From NCBI GenBank assembly GCA_030390025.1, contig CM059431.1, positions 113,956,001-114,020,000 on the forward strand: 64,000 nucleotides of DNA, read 5' to 3'. Source of the stretch: Squalus acanthias. Lineage: Eukaryota. The stretch's first letter is position 1; every line of letters begins with the position of its first letter. The position numbers were made by a program, and so were the translations under genes. Positions 61,610 to 64,000 of this stretch are shown in pieces. Under the pieces are notes generated by a model, which worked only from the letters and a program-made list of their open reading frames with translations, did no database searches and was not told the DNA's origin.

Positions 61610-64000
61610 ACTTATCTATGTAATTAAGCATGAAAGGCGAGGGAACACATGTATTTACCTACTTGAAGTTGGTAAGGGAAATACTATTTATTTTCCAGGA
61701 TCAATAATAAAACGACTTCACTGTCTTTGAGATCTTTTACGAATATCTTTCCAAATGATTTCACTGGAGATCTGCCCCACCCCCTTACAACAGCATAACC
61801 TCTGATTAACAGTAAGCAATGTCAAGGGAGCTCTGCTAATAGATTTTATATTACACACTAGATGATCTTCTATGGTGTTGCTTATGAGTAGTCTGGGATT
61901 TAGATCTTTGTTGTGATATTTAACTTGGCCTTGTCCTATTAATGTCACTGCTCTAAATAGGCAAATGGCAGTGACTAGCTGGTTGAAAACTGATAACCCT
62001 CATTCACAGGACAATGGTAATTGCTTGTAAATTTCAGGCGCTAGGCCAATGAATATTTTTATTTGAAAACATATTTTGCCATCTATAACAAACGACGATA
62101 CTTTGAAGTGTGGCATCTGGTGCGATGGTGCCTAGGTCAGATAATATGCTGTTTTATAAGGACAGAGGCATGAAATTATGTAACACACAATGCACCATTT
62201 TGCTAGTAAAGTACTTATGTATGTAGCTTGGTGTGTTCCCTTAAGGCCACAAATTGACATTTCTGTGCCGTCTTCAAATAAATAAGGTAATGGATCCTCA
62301 GACCAATTAGAGGTCAGACTAGCTCGTTTTTGAAAGTGTGATATGTTCTGTGGCCCAGCGTTTCAAAAACGTCTATCTGTGTAAATACAGAAGGAGACGG
62401 TTCAAGTGATTTGAAAAGAAAACGACTAACAGTTCTTGTGGAGTAAACAGGTAGAATTCCACCCATGCCCATTATATTGCTGTAAAATTATTGAAAACGC
62501 AATTAAAGTTTTCAATTTTTTAAAGCTTTTTAGACAGGAAATGAATGTACCATTTGATTTATTTCCATCTTTACTTGGCGGGGGCGGGGGGGGGGTGTTC
62601 TTTGTGAGTCGTCTATTGAAATCACCAATATCCTGAGTTGGAGCAATAATATTCTCTTTTGATCCTGTGGGAATGTAGAATTTCTTCCTACAAAGACACG
62701 CATACATAATGGCCAACGTTCAGCTCCTGCTGGAATTGCTCGTGGATCACGATTCTGTTGAGAATTATGTGCAGGAATGTGTGATTGCACTCCTAGGGTC
62801 GATATTATTTTGAATTATTTTTAATGAGGCACAACTGGTTCTCTGAATAATTCTTCAATGGAGATTTTCCACAAATCGCTGGCTATGATCTTTGAATTTA
62901 ATGGTGCTGTAAAACTGTATATACAGTGAAACGTCTCTGATGCCAAGGTGTTGTGGTCCATATGGCGGACATACAAACCATTATACAAACTACCCTTCAT
63001 GACAACTACACCTTTACCTGGTCATAAGCATCTTAAGCAGCGATTTCAGCAATGACAGAATTACTTTTTGGACTTGTAATAATGACTCGTATAAAATGTG
63101 CAGTTTTGCTGTTTAATAAATCGGCTACAACTCAGTTTTCTGCCTCTCAATACATATTAAAATATTATGTTTATTATTATGCCAGTTTAAACGCCTTATA
63201 TGACCTAATAGAAAATATGTTGTGATAACAATAGTATTCAATGAAAATACATGTGTTTTAACATTAAATTAATTCCTGAGATTTACTTTGAGCAAACTGA
63301 AGCCTCCTCCTTGTTCAGTTACTCCCGATTTAACAGAGTGTACACGCAAAACAGTTTTAAAATTCCAACTCGAGTATTTACTTTCTACACACAATGATCA
63401 ATTGCGGGTCAGTTTCACAAACGTTTCAGAATCCAACCAGTTTATGATCTATTTTCACATGGCTGATTTGGAAGCCGAAGCCGAAAGACCAATAAATTGC
63501 CAAACAGCCAAGAACAGTCAAAGACCGGTCAATGCGCGTTTACATTTGTTTTGTTTTTACACTTAAGTCTCAGAGCCTGACATCAGATAACTTTAAAACT
63601 TGGGATGTGTGCCTTTGTTATTTCAGTTTGCCGCAAAACGTCTAGATTGGAAGTTACAGTCACCTTGTTTAGTAAACATAGCCCACGTTTGGCATACAAT
63701 TGATTTAATTTACTGAAACGTGTTTATTTGTATGATTTGTTGTGCGCCTCAATAATAAACGCTACACGGTCGAACTGTTCGCATACAAAAATATGAAACA
63801 GACAATGAAGTGGTGGCTTATTGCACAGAAGTATTCAAATAAGTCATTTCCTTAGATCAGCAAAGAAGAGCTAACTGTCTATATACGACTGGCAGTAATT
63901 GCGATTTCATCCAAAGTGTATAACGTTGTAATATTAAATATTGAAAGCCTTAATTGTGGTTTTCATCCCAGGGTGCTTGCTGGTGAACCCCTTCAGGGGA

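Overview
Eukaryotic vertebrate genomic DNA. The repeat families point to a cartilaginous fish, probably a shark (inference). The only host protein-coding gene is a two-exon POU class IV homeobox gene on the minus strand, POU4F1/Brn3a (CDS 56787-56665 joined to 56372-55374, 373 aa). It has a CpG-rich TATA-less promoter and a 3' UTR of about 1.6 kb with Pumilio and AU-rich elements. Positions 1 to about 43 kb are a transposon-rich gene desert downstream of the gene. That desert holds a full-length 4.24 kb two-gene PIF/Harbinger DNA transposon (30355-34592, TTA target duplication) with a convergent Myb/SANT gene and a DDE transposase, each hit by a probable CGA>TGA stop. It also holds an internally deleted relative, several Harbinger-type MITEs (one nested in a SINE, two in tandem), LINE 3' fragments, Deu-domain SINEs and Penelope-like remnants. 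From about 43 kb to 64 kb, CpG is visibly retained and Harbinger-type elements are absent, which suggests a broad hypomethylated regulatory domain with candidate enhancers and CTCF sites. There is a 140-N assembly gap at 14915-15054. Most short ORFs in the track are spurious. I did not find a clearly novel biological system; the most informative unexplained structures are the Harbinger family series and the chromatin-like boundary. Repeat family names come from recalled consensus sequences and need a Dfam/Repbase check.
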